Under the pieces are notes generated by a model, which made no database searches, was not told where the DNA came from, and saw nothing but the letters and a program-made list of their open reading frames with translations. A stretch of 32,000 nucleotides of DNA from positions 2,550,001 to 2,582,000 of the forward strand of contig JALDRA010000001.1 of the NCBI GenBank assembly GCA_031316235.1. Reading direction: 5' to 3'. This document shows, piece after piece, positions 24,163 to 32,000 of this stretch. The position numbers were made by a program, and so were the translations under genes. The stretch's first letter is position 1, and the number at the start of each line of letters is the position of its first letter. The DNA is from Candidatus Scalindua sp. Its GTDB lineage: Bacteria > Planctomycetota > Brocadiia > Brocadiales > Scalinduaceae.

Positions 24163-24621
24163 ATGGCTTTTGGAGTTTATAAAAAAGGACTGGGTGTATA
24201 TTCGAGATGTGCTGTTGCGGGCCTGTTTGGTCTTGCTTCGCTATTTGCCTCGTATTCGCTTTATGGTACCCTGGTGAATCTGCCCGAATTTTTCGGGGGA
24301 GTGAAAATACCGTTGCTGGGGGTTGATCTGACATGGGGCCTTGTGTGCTCTTTTATTCTTTTTCTGTTTTGCGGATTTTTTATCTGTCTCATTACGACAG
24401 GTTTTGAGGTTGGGCTCGGACGGCTTGACAGGATGTCGAAGAGAGCAGTTGAGTTTTTTATAGACACTCAGGGTGAGCTCCAGAAAGTCTCCTGGCCGTC
24501 TAAAAATGAATTGGTGGGATCGACCATCGTGGTGATTGTTTGTCTGCTGCTCATGTCTCTGTACATTTTTGGTGTTGACTGGGTGGTTTCGACTGTTATG
24601 GAAGCTATTGGTCTTTTGTGA
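24163..24621 (+). CDS. secE: Preprotein translocase subunit SecE (3-TM form with N-terminal extension)
   Basis: The C-terminal block ELQKVSWPSKNELVGSTIVVIVCLLLMSLYIFGVDWV is the conserved SecE segment. Two extra N-terminal TM helices are present. It lies upstream of nusG. Confidence 0.8.
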   Translation: MAFGVYKKGLGVYSRCAVAGLFGLASLFASYSLYGTLVNLPEFFGGVKIPLLGVDLTWGLVCSFILFLFCGFFICLITTGFEVGLGRLDRMSKRAVEFFIDTQGELQKVSWPSKNELVGSTIVVIVCLLLMSLYIFGVDWVVSTVMEAIGLL

Positions 24622-24825
24622 TGTGAAACAGAAGCGTGGTGAGGGGGCGTTTTGTTGGGTTGACTGGAATAAATCACTTCTAACGTAACTATTTCGCTTA
24701 TATACGAGTGTATATCCTGCCTTTTCTGCCTCAGGAAATAAAAGATTCATTATATGAAAGAATCAGACTGGTATGCGAGGGGTGCTGTCTGATAGTGTGG
24801 TAATGGTTGTCTATAGAGTTAAGTC

Positions 24826-25374
24826 ATGGGGAAAAAATGGTTTGTACTGCGGGTTCAAAGTAATAAAGAGGATAGGGTAAAGAGGGAACTGGAGCGGGTT
24901 GTCCAGCTTCAGGATCTGGGGGACCTTGTATCGAAAATTCTGGTGCCGAGCGAAAAGGTTACAGAGATTAAGGGTGGTAAAAAGAGAGTCGTAGAGCGTA
25001 AGATTTATCCGGGTTATGTGATTATGGAGTTGGAGGTGGATGAGAGTGGGCAGATACCGGATAAGGTCTGCTTTGTAGTGAGGGAAACGTACGGAGCAAC
25101 CGACTTTGTTGGTGGTCAGCGCAAGCCTATTGCGATGACAGACCGGGAGGTGGAAAAGCTGCTCCAGAAAGCTGAGTCCGAAGAAGAGAAGCCCAGGACT
25201 GAGATTGGATTTTGTAAAGGTGACAAGGTTCGTATTAAAGAGGGGCCATTTGAAAATTATGACGGTGTTGTCGAAGAGGTTTTTCCTGCAAGTGGATGTG
25301 TAAAGATAATGCTTACAATTTTTGGAAGGCCGACGCCGGTTGAGCTGGAATATTGGCAGGCCGAAGTGGTCTAA
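24826..25374 (+). CDS. nusG: Transcription termination/antitermination factor NusG
   Basis: KKWFVLRVQSNKEDRVKRELE is the NGN domain, and GDKVRIKEGPFENYDGVVEEV is the KOW motif. Confidence 0.92.
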   Translation: MGKKWFVLRVQSNKEDRVKRELERVVQLQDLGDLVSKILVPSEKVTEIKGGKKRVVERKIYPGYVIMELEVDESGQIPDKVCFVVRETYGATDFVGGQRKPIAMTDREVEKLLQKAESEEEKPRTEIGFCKGDKVRIKEGPFENYDGVVEEVFPASGCVKIMLTIFGRPTPVELEYWQAEVV

Positions 25375-25406
25375 TTTTTGGTAAATTTATAGTTTGAAAA
25401 AAATTC

Positions 25407-25832
25407 ATGGCAAAAGAAATTCTAGCTAAAATTAAGTTACAGGTTGTGGCGGGGCAGGCTACACCGGCTCCTCCGGTGGGACCTGCACTGGGGCAGCATG
25501 GTGTTAATATTGGCCAATTTGTATCACAATTCAATGAGCAGACAAAGAGTTTGCAGGGGATGGTAACGCCGGTTGAAATTTCTGTATACAAGGATAAATC
25601 TTTTACGTTTATCATTAAATCTCCACCGGCGGCTGTGCTGCTGAAAAAGTCGGCTGGAGTGGCGAAAGGTGCGTCGGAACCAAACAGGGGGAAAGTCGGC
25701 AAGGTAACCCGGGAGCAGGTTGAAGAAATTGCAAAGACAAAAATGCCTGATCTTAACGCGAAGAATTTGGAAATGGCGGTAAGGATTATTCAGGGCACTG
25801 CGCGATCTATAGGGCTGGAAGTTGTAGGCTGA
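25407..25832 (+). CDS. rplK: 50S ribosomal protein L11
   Basis: [34 protein letters not shown] is a canonical L11 block. Confidence 0.95.
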   Translation: MAKEILAKIKLQVVAGQATPAPPVGPALGQHGVNIGQFVSQFNEQTKSLQGMVTPVEISVYKDKSFTFIIKSPPAAVLLKKSAGVAKGASEPNRGKVGKVTREQVEEIAKTKMPDLNAKNLEMAVRIIQGTARSIGLEVVG

Positions 25833-25877
25833 TACAGGCAGTCAAGGGCTATTTTTTTGTTTAAGGGAACATTAGAT

Positions 25878-26561
25878 ATGAAATTTAGAAGTAAGCGTTA
25901 CGCTGCGTCAAAGAAGATCTCACAGAAAAAAAGTGAATACGAATTGAATGAAGGTGTATCTGTCTTGAAGACTTTTGAAAAACCAAAATTTGATGAAACG
26001 GTTGATATAGTAATGAAGCTTGGTGTGGATCCTAAGCGTTCAGATCAGCTTGTCCGTGGGTCAGTTTCCCTGCCGAAGGGCATCGGGAAAGAGTTGAGGG
26101 TGATTGTTTTTGCTGAAGATGATAAAGCTGAGCTGGCTCGAAAAGCTGGTGCGATAGCAGTTGGCAGCGATGATCTTATAGAAAAAGTTGTTGCCGGTTG
26201 GTCAGATTTTGATGTGGCGATATCAACTCCCGACATGATGCGTAAAGTTGGAAAGCTGGGTAAGACTCTAGGGCCGCAGGGGAAGATGCCTTCTCCAAAA
26301 TCGGGGACGGTTACAGACGATGTTTATGGGGTTACAAAAGAGTTCCGGGAAGGTAAAATTGAGTTCAGGTGTGATGCAGGTGGCAATGTTCATGCTCCAG
26401 TTGGAAAGCTCTCTTTTCCAGTTGAGGATCTGGTTGAAAATATTCAATCCTTTATGAAACATATTAAGAACAGCAAGCCGCCGGCAGCGAAAGGTGTATT
26501 TATTCAGAAGGTATTTATTTCGTCTACTATGGGGCCAAGTGTAAAGATCCTGCAGGTCTAA
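25878..26561 (+). CDS. rplA: 50S ribosomal protein L1
   Basis: FDETVDIVMKLGVDPKRSDQLVRGSVSLPKG is a canonical L1 block. The track ORF begins at TTG 25857, but ATG 25878 (MKFRSKRY...) has AAGGGA 10 nt upstream and gives the usual L1 N-terminus. Confidence 0.92.
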   Translation: MKFRSKRYAASKKISQKKSEYELNEGVSVLKTFEKPKFDETVDIVMKLGVDPKRSDQLVRGSVSLPKGIGKELRVIVFAEDDKAELARKAGAIAVGSDDLIEKVVAGWSDFDVAISTPDMMRKVGKLGKTLGPQGKMPSPKSGTVTDDVYGVTKEFREGKIEFRCDAGGNVHAPVGKLSFPVEDLVENIQSFMKHIKNSKPPAAKGVFIQKVFISSTMGPSVKILQV

Positions 26562-26619
26562 TGAATGCATTCGGTTTTGTCGGGATTTTACACATTTTTA
26601 TATATAGGAAACAGTTCAA

Positions 26620-27153
26620 ATGTCGAGAAAAATGAAAAGTTTGATTGTGGATGAACTTGTGAAAGGTTACGGAGGGGGCGCTACGGGTTTCGTTGTTCTT
26701 GGTTATAAAGGGTTAAATGCGCAGCAGGCTGATTCGTTTAGGAGGGATTTGAATGAGAATGATATACAGGTAAGGGTAGTAAAAAATACTTTGGCGTCTA
26801 TAGCATTTAAAGAGGTAGGGGTTCCTGAATTAGGGAAGGTTCTTGATGGGCCCTCAGCTGTTGCGACGACCAGCAAAGATCCGGTTGAATTGGTAAAAGT
26901 ATTGGACAGGTGGTCTGGAAAGATTACGGAATTAAAGCTTTTGGGTGGATTGGTGGAAGGGAAGCTGCTGTCGTTGGATGATGTGAAGACTTTGGCTGCA
27001 ATTCCATCCAGGCAGGATGTTTTTGCGCAGATTCTCTTTGGTATTAATGCGCCTTTGATGCAATTGGCCAATGCTTTTAATGCTGTTGTGAAAAATATAT
27101 ATATTATTTTGGTGTCCATAGAGCAGAAGAAAAAGGATGCTGAAGTAAAGTAA
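26620..27153 (+). CDS. rplJ: 50S ribosomal protein L10
   Basis: The L10 pattern ([16 protein letters not shown]...VRVVKNTLA) and its position between rplA and rplL. Confidence 0.9.
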   Translation: MSRKMKSLIVDELVKGYGGGATGFVVLGYKGLNAQQADSFRRDLNENDIQVRVVKNTLASIAFKEVGVPELGKVLDGPSAVATTSKDPVELVKVLDRWSGKITELKLLGGLVEGKLLSLDDVKTLAAIPSRQDVFAQILFGINAPLMQLANAFNAVVKNIYIILVSIEQKKKDAEVK

Positions 27154-27184
27154 TTTTGAAAAATGCAAAAAGGGGGTAATTATT

Positions 27185-27607
27185 GTGACAGAAACAGAAG
27201 TCAAGGATGTTGAGCCGACAGGAAAGATAGCAGAGGTTTTGGGGTTGGTAGAGGGAATGAGTTTGCTTGAGGCTTCTCAGCTGGTAAAGGCGTTTGAGAA
27301 AAAATTTGGAGTTTCTGCTTCTGCAGCAATGGCTTTTCCTGCTGGGGGTATGGCATCAGGGGCCGCAGGACAAGGTGCAGCAGTTGTCGATGAAAAAACC
27401 AGTTTTACTGTTGTTCTGAAAGAGGTAGGTCCTAACAAAATCCAGGTTATCAAGGCCGTTCGTGCTCAGACAGATCTTGGATTAAAAGAGGCAAAAGCTC
27501 TTGTTGACAGTGCGCCAAAGCCTGTTAAGGAGGGGGTATCTAAAGAGGAAGCCGAAAAGATTAAAAAATCTATTGAAGAGTCGGGGGCTGTAGTAGAACT
27601 AACCTAG
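27185..27607 (+). CDS. rplL: 50S ribosomal protein L7/L12
   Basis: GTG start preceded by AGGGGG. It has an Ala/Gly hinge and the C-terminal block [55 protein letters not shown]. Confidence 0.93.
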   Translation: MTETEVKDVEPTGKIAEVLGLVEGMSLLEASQLVKAFEKKFGVSASAAMAFPAGGMASGAAGQGAAVVDEKTSFTVVLKEVGPNKIQVIKAVRAQTDLGLKEAKALVDSAPKPVKEGVSKEEAEKIKKSIEESGAVVELT

Positions 27608-27669
27608 GCCTGGTTTAAAGCTTTGCTGGTGAGTGGTATATTTGTATGAAGGTGTAGAGGATACTGGAT

Positions 27670-30600
27670 ATGAAAATAAGAAATTTTAGTAAGATCATGG
27701 AAGCGTTTGAAATGCCGAATCTTGTTGAGATTCAAACAAACTCTTACATCGCCTTTTTACAAGAAGATGTTCCATCTCATAAACGGAAAGATCAGGGGTT
27801 GGAAGGTATTTTGCGGGAAGCTTTTCCCATTAAAAATTACGATGAGACAATCTCATTGGAGTATATAAAGTATGAGTTGGGAAAGCCGCGCTATAGTGCT
27901 GATGAGTGCAGGCAGTTAAAGTTGATTTATGGGAAACCATTGAGAGTCTGGCTTCGTCTCAACCGAGAAAGCCCTGTCGAGGAAGAGGTGTATCTGGGTG
28001 AGATTCCCGTCATGATAGGCGGGGGCGAATTTGTAATAAACGGCACTGAAAGGGTCATCGTAAACCAGCTCCATAGATCTCCAGGAGTTGATTTTTCGGA
28101 AGAGTTGCTGGCGGAAAAGAGGATGCATTCGTGTAGGATTATTCCTGAACGTGGCAGTTGGATTGAGATTGAGGTCGGGAAAAAAGATGTGCTGAATATC
28201 AGGGTTGATCAAAGTGGGAAATTTCCGGCTACATGTTTTCTGCGGGCTATGTCAGAGGAATTTTCTGATGATGAAGATATCATCAGACTCTTTTACGAGA
28301 CGGAGACTCTAAAGTGCGGGACGGATGGATCGGCAGCAAAACTAAAGGAGAGGTTTTCAGTTTCACAGCTTGTGGATCCGCAGACAGGTGAGGTTCTGCT
28401 TGATGCCGGCAAGCAGATTACCGAAAGTGTTGTAAAAATGATTATTGATCTGGGTATTGAGGAGTTTGAGGTTATAAAGGATATGGACGATCCTTTAATA
28501 TTAAATACCCTGGAAGCCGATTTTACGGATTCGCATGAAGATGCGTTGTTGAAAATATACTCAAGATTCAGGCCCGGTAATCCCCAGCATCTTGATAAGG
28601 CAAAGCAGTTGTTTTATGATAAATTTTTTGATTATAAACGATATCGGCTCGGTCTGGTTGGAAGGTTTCGGTTGAACAGGAAGCTTGGGCAGGTTATAAA
28701 GGCCGATGAGATGGCACTCTGTTCTGAGGATTTCATTAATTCCATCAAATATATCATTAATCTGAGGAATGGTAAGGGGAGTATTGATGATATTGACCAC
28801 CTGGGTAACAGAAGACTCAGGACTATAGACGAGTTATTTGGTGAGGAGTTGAGAAAAGGCTTTTTAAAGTTGAGAAGGACTGTTCAGGAGAGAATGAATG
28901 TTAAGGACCATGACCAGTTGACACCGAGAATTCTCATAAATTCAAGAACAATCTTTTCTACTATCGAGTATTTTTTCAGCCGTGGTGAACTGTCCCAGGT
29001 TCTGGATCAGACAAATCCTCTTGCTCAGCTTACGCACGAGAGGAGATTGAGCGCTTTGGGTCCGGGGGGTCTTAACAGGAAGAGAGCGGGGTTTGATGTT
29101 CGAGATGTTCATTTATCTCATTATGGAAGAATCTGCCCGATTGAGACACCAGAAGGAACCAATATCGGTCTGATTGCGTCGTTAACCATTTTTGCTGCAG
29201 TCGATAGTTACGGTTTCCTGACTACACCTTATATGAAAGTCGAAAATGGAAAATTAACGAATAAATTTGTCAGCTTGAGGGCGGATGAGGAGGAAAATAA
29301 GATTCTCGCTCCGGCGGATTCGCAAATCCAATTTACTGAAAAAGGTAACCAGAATGAGTTGCTTGCACGTTGGAATGGTGATTTCCGACTGGTAAATTCA
29401 ACTGATGTTGATTATATAGATGTGTCTACGAAACAGCTGGTAGGTGTTTCTACCAGTTTGATCCCGTTTCTGGAGCATAGTGATGCTAACAGGGCATTGA
29501 TGGGTGCAAACATGCAGCGTCAGGCTGTCCCGTTGCTTGAAACTGAACCACCACTTATTGCAACCGGTATGGAAAAAGTTGTGGCGAGGAATTCAAGCAT
29601 GGTAGTGTGTGCGAAAAATGGTGGAGTGGTTACGAATGTGACTGCAAAGCAGATAGAGATTAATGGAAGCGAGGTTTATACATTAAGGAAGAATGTTGGC
29701 TTGAACGAGGGCACCTGTCTGAATCAAAAGCCGGTTGTTAAAGAGGGGCAGAAGGTAAAAAAGGGTGATGTGATTGCTGATGGTGCTGCTACGTGTAATG
29801 GTGAATTGAGTCTGGGGAAAAATGTTTTAGTTGCCTTTATGACGTGGGATGGTTATAACTTTGAAGATGCCATTGTGGTAAGCGAGAGCCTGTTGAGGGG
29901 AGATAAGTATACATCTGTTCACAGAGATGAATTTGAGGTTGAAGTAAGGGAAACGACACTTGGACGGGAAGAATTTACGAGAGATATTCCAAATGTCTCT
30001 GAAAAAGCCTTGAGTAACCTCGATGAAAATGGGATAGTTCGAGTTGGTACTAAAGTCAAACCTTCTGACATTCTTGTTGGTAAAATAGCTCCGAAAAGTC
30101 GAAGTGAGCTTTCTCCTGAAGAGAAGTTGCTGCATGCCATTTTCGGTAGAGCGGGTGAAGATGTGAAAAATGTCTCGCTTGAAGTTCCTTCTGGTGTGGA
30201 AGGTGTTGTTATTGACACTAAGCTGTTTTCAAGGAGGGCACATCTCTCTGACGATAAGAGGCAGAAAATTGTAGATGATATTAAAGAGGTGGAAACCCAG
30301 ATGAAGGAGACAATTTCCCAGGAGTTTGTTAAGATGGTTCGAAGACTGGAGGTTGTTTTTGGTGGTGCACTTGTTGATGTGGGTACTGGTCAACAGTTTG
30401 AAGTGTCTGATGAGACCGATGGTGAGAGCATATTCTCCTTGTACGAGCAATTTAATATAAAAAATTACGATAATGGTGCTGACGAACATAAAACCAGCGG
30501 TGCGGTAAAAATATGTGAGCAGTATCAGGTGAAGTTTGAGTCGTTGAAAGAAGAAGCTGACATCAAAAAAAGTCAATTAAAAAGGGGTGATGAGCTGCCG

Positions 30601-31347
30601 AGTGGTGTGTTGGAGGTGGCAAAGGTGTCCATTGCAACAAAAAGAAGGCTATCAGTTGGTGATAAGATGGCCGGGAGGCATGGTAATAAAGGAGTGATTG
30701 CTAAAATATTGCCAGTTGAAGATATGCCGTATCTGGAAGATGGAACGCCGGTTGAGATGATTTTAAATCCGCTGGGAGTGCCTTCCAGGATGAACCTTGG
30801 TCAGCTTCTCGAAACACACCTGGGTTGGGCATCTAAAAAGCTGGGTTTTCAATCAGTTACTCCGATTTTTGATGGGGCTAAAGAGGCCGATGTTATCAGC
30901 GCGTTACAGGAGGCGGGACTTCCGACGGATGGTAAAGCGGTTTTGTATGACGGACGTACGGGAGAGTCTTTTGAGCAAAAAGTTACCGTAGGGTATATGT
31001 ATATGTTAAAACTGCATCATCTGGTTGATGAAAAAGTGCATGCCAGGGCTACTGGACCTTATTCATTGATAACGCAGCAACCGTTGGGCGGAAAGGCCAG
31101 GTTTGGAGGACAGAGATTCGGTGAAATGGAAGTCTGGGCTCTGGAAGCGTATGGTGCGGCTTATAACCTTCAGGAGCTTCTCACCGTTAAGAGTGACGAT
31201 GTTGAGGGACGTACGAGAATCTATGAATCTATGATAAAGGGAAATAATACTCTGGAAGCAGGCACACCGGCTTCGTTTGAAGTGCTTTCCAAGGAGATTG
31301 AGGGGCTCGGTCTCTCATTAAAACTTGAAAAGGAATCAAGTATATAA
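27670..31347 (+). CDS. rpoB: DNA-directed RNA polymerase subunit beta
   Basis: 1225 aa with canonical blocks: [85 protein letters not shown]. Confidence 0.97.
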   Translation: MKIRNFSKIMEAFEMPNLVEIQTNSYIAFLQEDVPSHKRKDQGLEGILREAFPIKNYDETISLEYIKYELGKPRYSADECRQLKLIYGKPLRVWLRLNRESPVEEEVYLGEIPVMIGGGEFVINGTERVIVNQLHRSPGVDFSEELLAEKRMHSCRIIPERGSWIEIEVGKKDVLNIRVDQSGKFPATCFLRAMSEEFSDDEDIIRLFYETETLKCGTDGSAAKLKERFSVSQLVDPQTGEVLLDAGKQITESVVKMIIDLGIEEFEVIKDMDDPLILNTLEADFTDSHEDALLKIYSRFRPGNPQHLDKAKQLFYDKFFDYKRYRLGLVGRFRLNRKLGQVIKADEMALCSEDFINSIKYIINLRNGKGSIDDIDHLGNRRLRTIDELFGEELRKGFLKLRRTVQERMNVKDHDQLTPRILINSRTIFSTIEYFFSRGELSQVLDQTNPLAQLTHERRLSALGPGGLNRKRAGFDVRDVHLSHYGRICPIETPEGTNIGLIASLTIFAAVDSYGFLTTPYMKVENGKLTNKFVSLRADEEENKILAPADSQIQFTEKGNQNELLARWNGDFRLVNSTDVDYIDVSTKQLVGVSTSLIPFLEHSDANRALMGANMQRQAVPLLETEPPLIATGMEKVVARNSSMVVCAKNGGVVTNVTAKQIEINGSEVYTLRKNVGLNEGTCLNQKPVVKEGQKVKKGDVIADGAATCNGELSLGKNVLVAFMTWDGYNFEDAIVVSESLLRGDKYTSVHRDEFEVEVRETTLGREEFTRDIPNVSEKALSNLDENGIVRVGTKVKPSDILVGKIAPKSRSELSPEEKLLHAIFGRAGEDVKNVSLEVPSGVEGVVIDTKLFSRRAHLSDDKRQKIVDDIKEVETQMKETISQEFVKMVRRLEVVFGGALVDVGTGQQFEVSDETDGESIFSLYEQFNIKNYDNGADEHKTSGAVKICEQYQVKFESLKEEADIKKSQLKRGDELPSGVLEVAKVSIATKRRLSVGDKMAGRHGNKGVIAKILPVEDMPYLEDGTPVEMILNPLGVPSRMNLGQLLETHLGWASKKLGFQSVTPIFDGAKEADVISALQEAGLPTDGKAVLYDGRTGESFEQKVTVGYMYMLKLHHLVDEKVHARATGPYSLITQQPLGGKARFGGQRFGEMEVWALEAYGAAYNLQELLTVKSDDVEGRTRIYESMIKGNNTLEAGTPASFEVLSKEIEGLGLSLKLEKESSI

Positions 31348-31382
31348 GATTTTGACATTAAACCTTATCCAAGGCTTCTGTT

Positions 31383-32000
31383 ATGTATGAAAAAATTAAT
31401 GAGTACAGTTCTGCAAGGATAACCCTGACTTCAGCAGAAGAGATAAGAAACAAATCTTATGGTGAGGTAAAAAAACCGGAAACTATTAATTACCGGACTT
31501 ACCGTGCCGAAAAGGACGGTCTTTTTTGTGAACGTATTTTCGGCCCGGAACGTAATTGGGAATGTTTTTGCGGCAAGTATAAAGGGATCAAGCATAAAGG
31601 GATAGTTTGCGACAGATGCGGTGTAAAGGTGACTCATTCTCGAGTGAGAAGGAAAAGAATGGGCCATATTAATCTGGCAACACCAGTTGTTCACATATGG
31701 TTTTTTAAGGCAATGCCCACGAGGATTGGTACCCTTTTAAGTATTAAAACCCGTGTCCTTGAAAGGATTGTCTATTTTCAAGACTATGTGGTGATAGATC
31801 CGGGTAGTACGGAACTTAAAGAGGGGCAGGTTTTGACTGAAGATGAGTATCGGGATGCCAAGGAGACGTTCGGCGAGACAGGTTTCAAGGCTGATATGGG
31901 TGCAGAGGCTATACGGAAGCTGCTTATGAATCTGGACCTGCAGCAGTTGTCTGATGATCTGAGGCTGGAGCTTAAAGAGACAAAATCCAAGCAGCGGGCA
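31383..32000 (+). CDS. rpoC: DNA-directed RNA polymerase subunit beta' (N-terminal 206 codons; continues past the window end)
   Basis: ATG at 31383. The translation [39 protein letters not shown]...[10 protein letters not shown]...[10 protein letters not shown]...CDRCGVKVT...[21 protein letters not shown] contains the beta' zinc-binding N-terminus. It is open to the last base and is absent from the ORF track because no stop lies in the window. Confidence 0.93.
   Translation, partial: MYEKINEYSSARITLTSAEEIRNKSYGEVKKPETINYRTYRAEKDGLFCERIFGPERNWECFCGKYKGIKHKGIVCDRCGVKVTHSRVRRKRMGHINLATPVVHIWFFKAMPTRIGTLLSIKTRVLERIVYFQDYVVIDPGSTELKEGQVLTEDEYRDAKETFGETGFKADMGAEAIRKLLMNLDLQQLSDDLRLELKETKSKQRA

Noticed and set aside
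24241-24750. 169-aa minus-strand ORF (and two 68-69-aa ones) antisense to secE
   Set aside because: It is a shadow of the secE frame with no recognisable domain, and it would have to be expressed against a core operon.
30229-30576. A lineage-specific insertion in rpoB (residues ~850-970) as something unusual
   Set aside because: This corresponds to the position of the known variable beta-subunit insertion region (E. coli SI2-like). Length variation there is ordinary among phyla.

Overview
The window has two parts. Positions 1-20.8 kb hold accessory and envelope-related genes. On the plus strand is a GldA/F/G-type ABC exporter module followed by a DUF4340 protein. On the minus strand are: an orphan COG3044 'ABC-class' ATPase; a J-domain/Cys4/PilZ fusion protein; a Dabb stress-barrel protein; a YgiQ radical-SAM enzyme translationally coupled to a HEAT/zinc-ribbon protein; a full Bat (aerotolerance-type) cluster (DUF58, DUF4381-like, BatA, BatB, BatC, BatD, BatE) with no adjacent MoxR ATPase; and a LolC/E-type permease. 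Positions 20.8-32 kb are core: aroC, then the classical tRNA(Thr-Tyr-Gly-Thr)-tuf-rpmG-tRNA(Trp)-secE-nusG-rplKAJL-rpoB-rpoC region, with rpoC truncated by the window end. The least expected signal is a roughly 140-bp structured, MITE-like repeat family with three intergenic copies. Two of them form an inverted pair bracketing the J-domain/PilZ gene. The internal hairpin of the element shows a compensatory base change between copies. Other points worth checking are the J-domain/PilZ architecture, the YgiQ/HEAT-Zn-ribbon coupling, a BatD-like domain duplicated inside the Bat cluster, and a four-cysteine insertion in EF-Tu. I saw no CRISPR array, transposase, integrase or recognisable defence genes. 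All family assignments come from motif recognition by eye, with no database search. The moderately low GC content and protein styles are compatible with a planctomycete-like organism, but that is only a guess.
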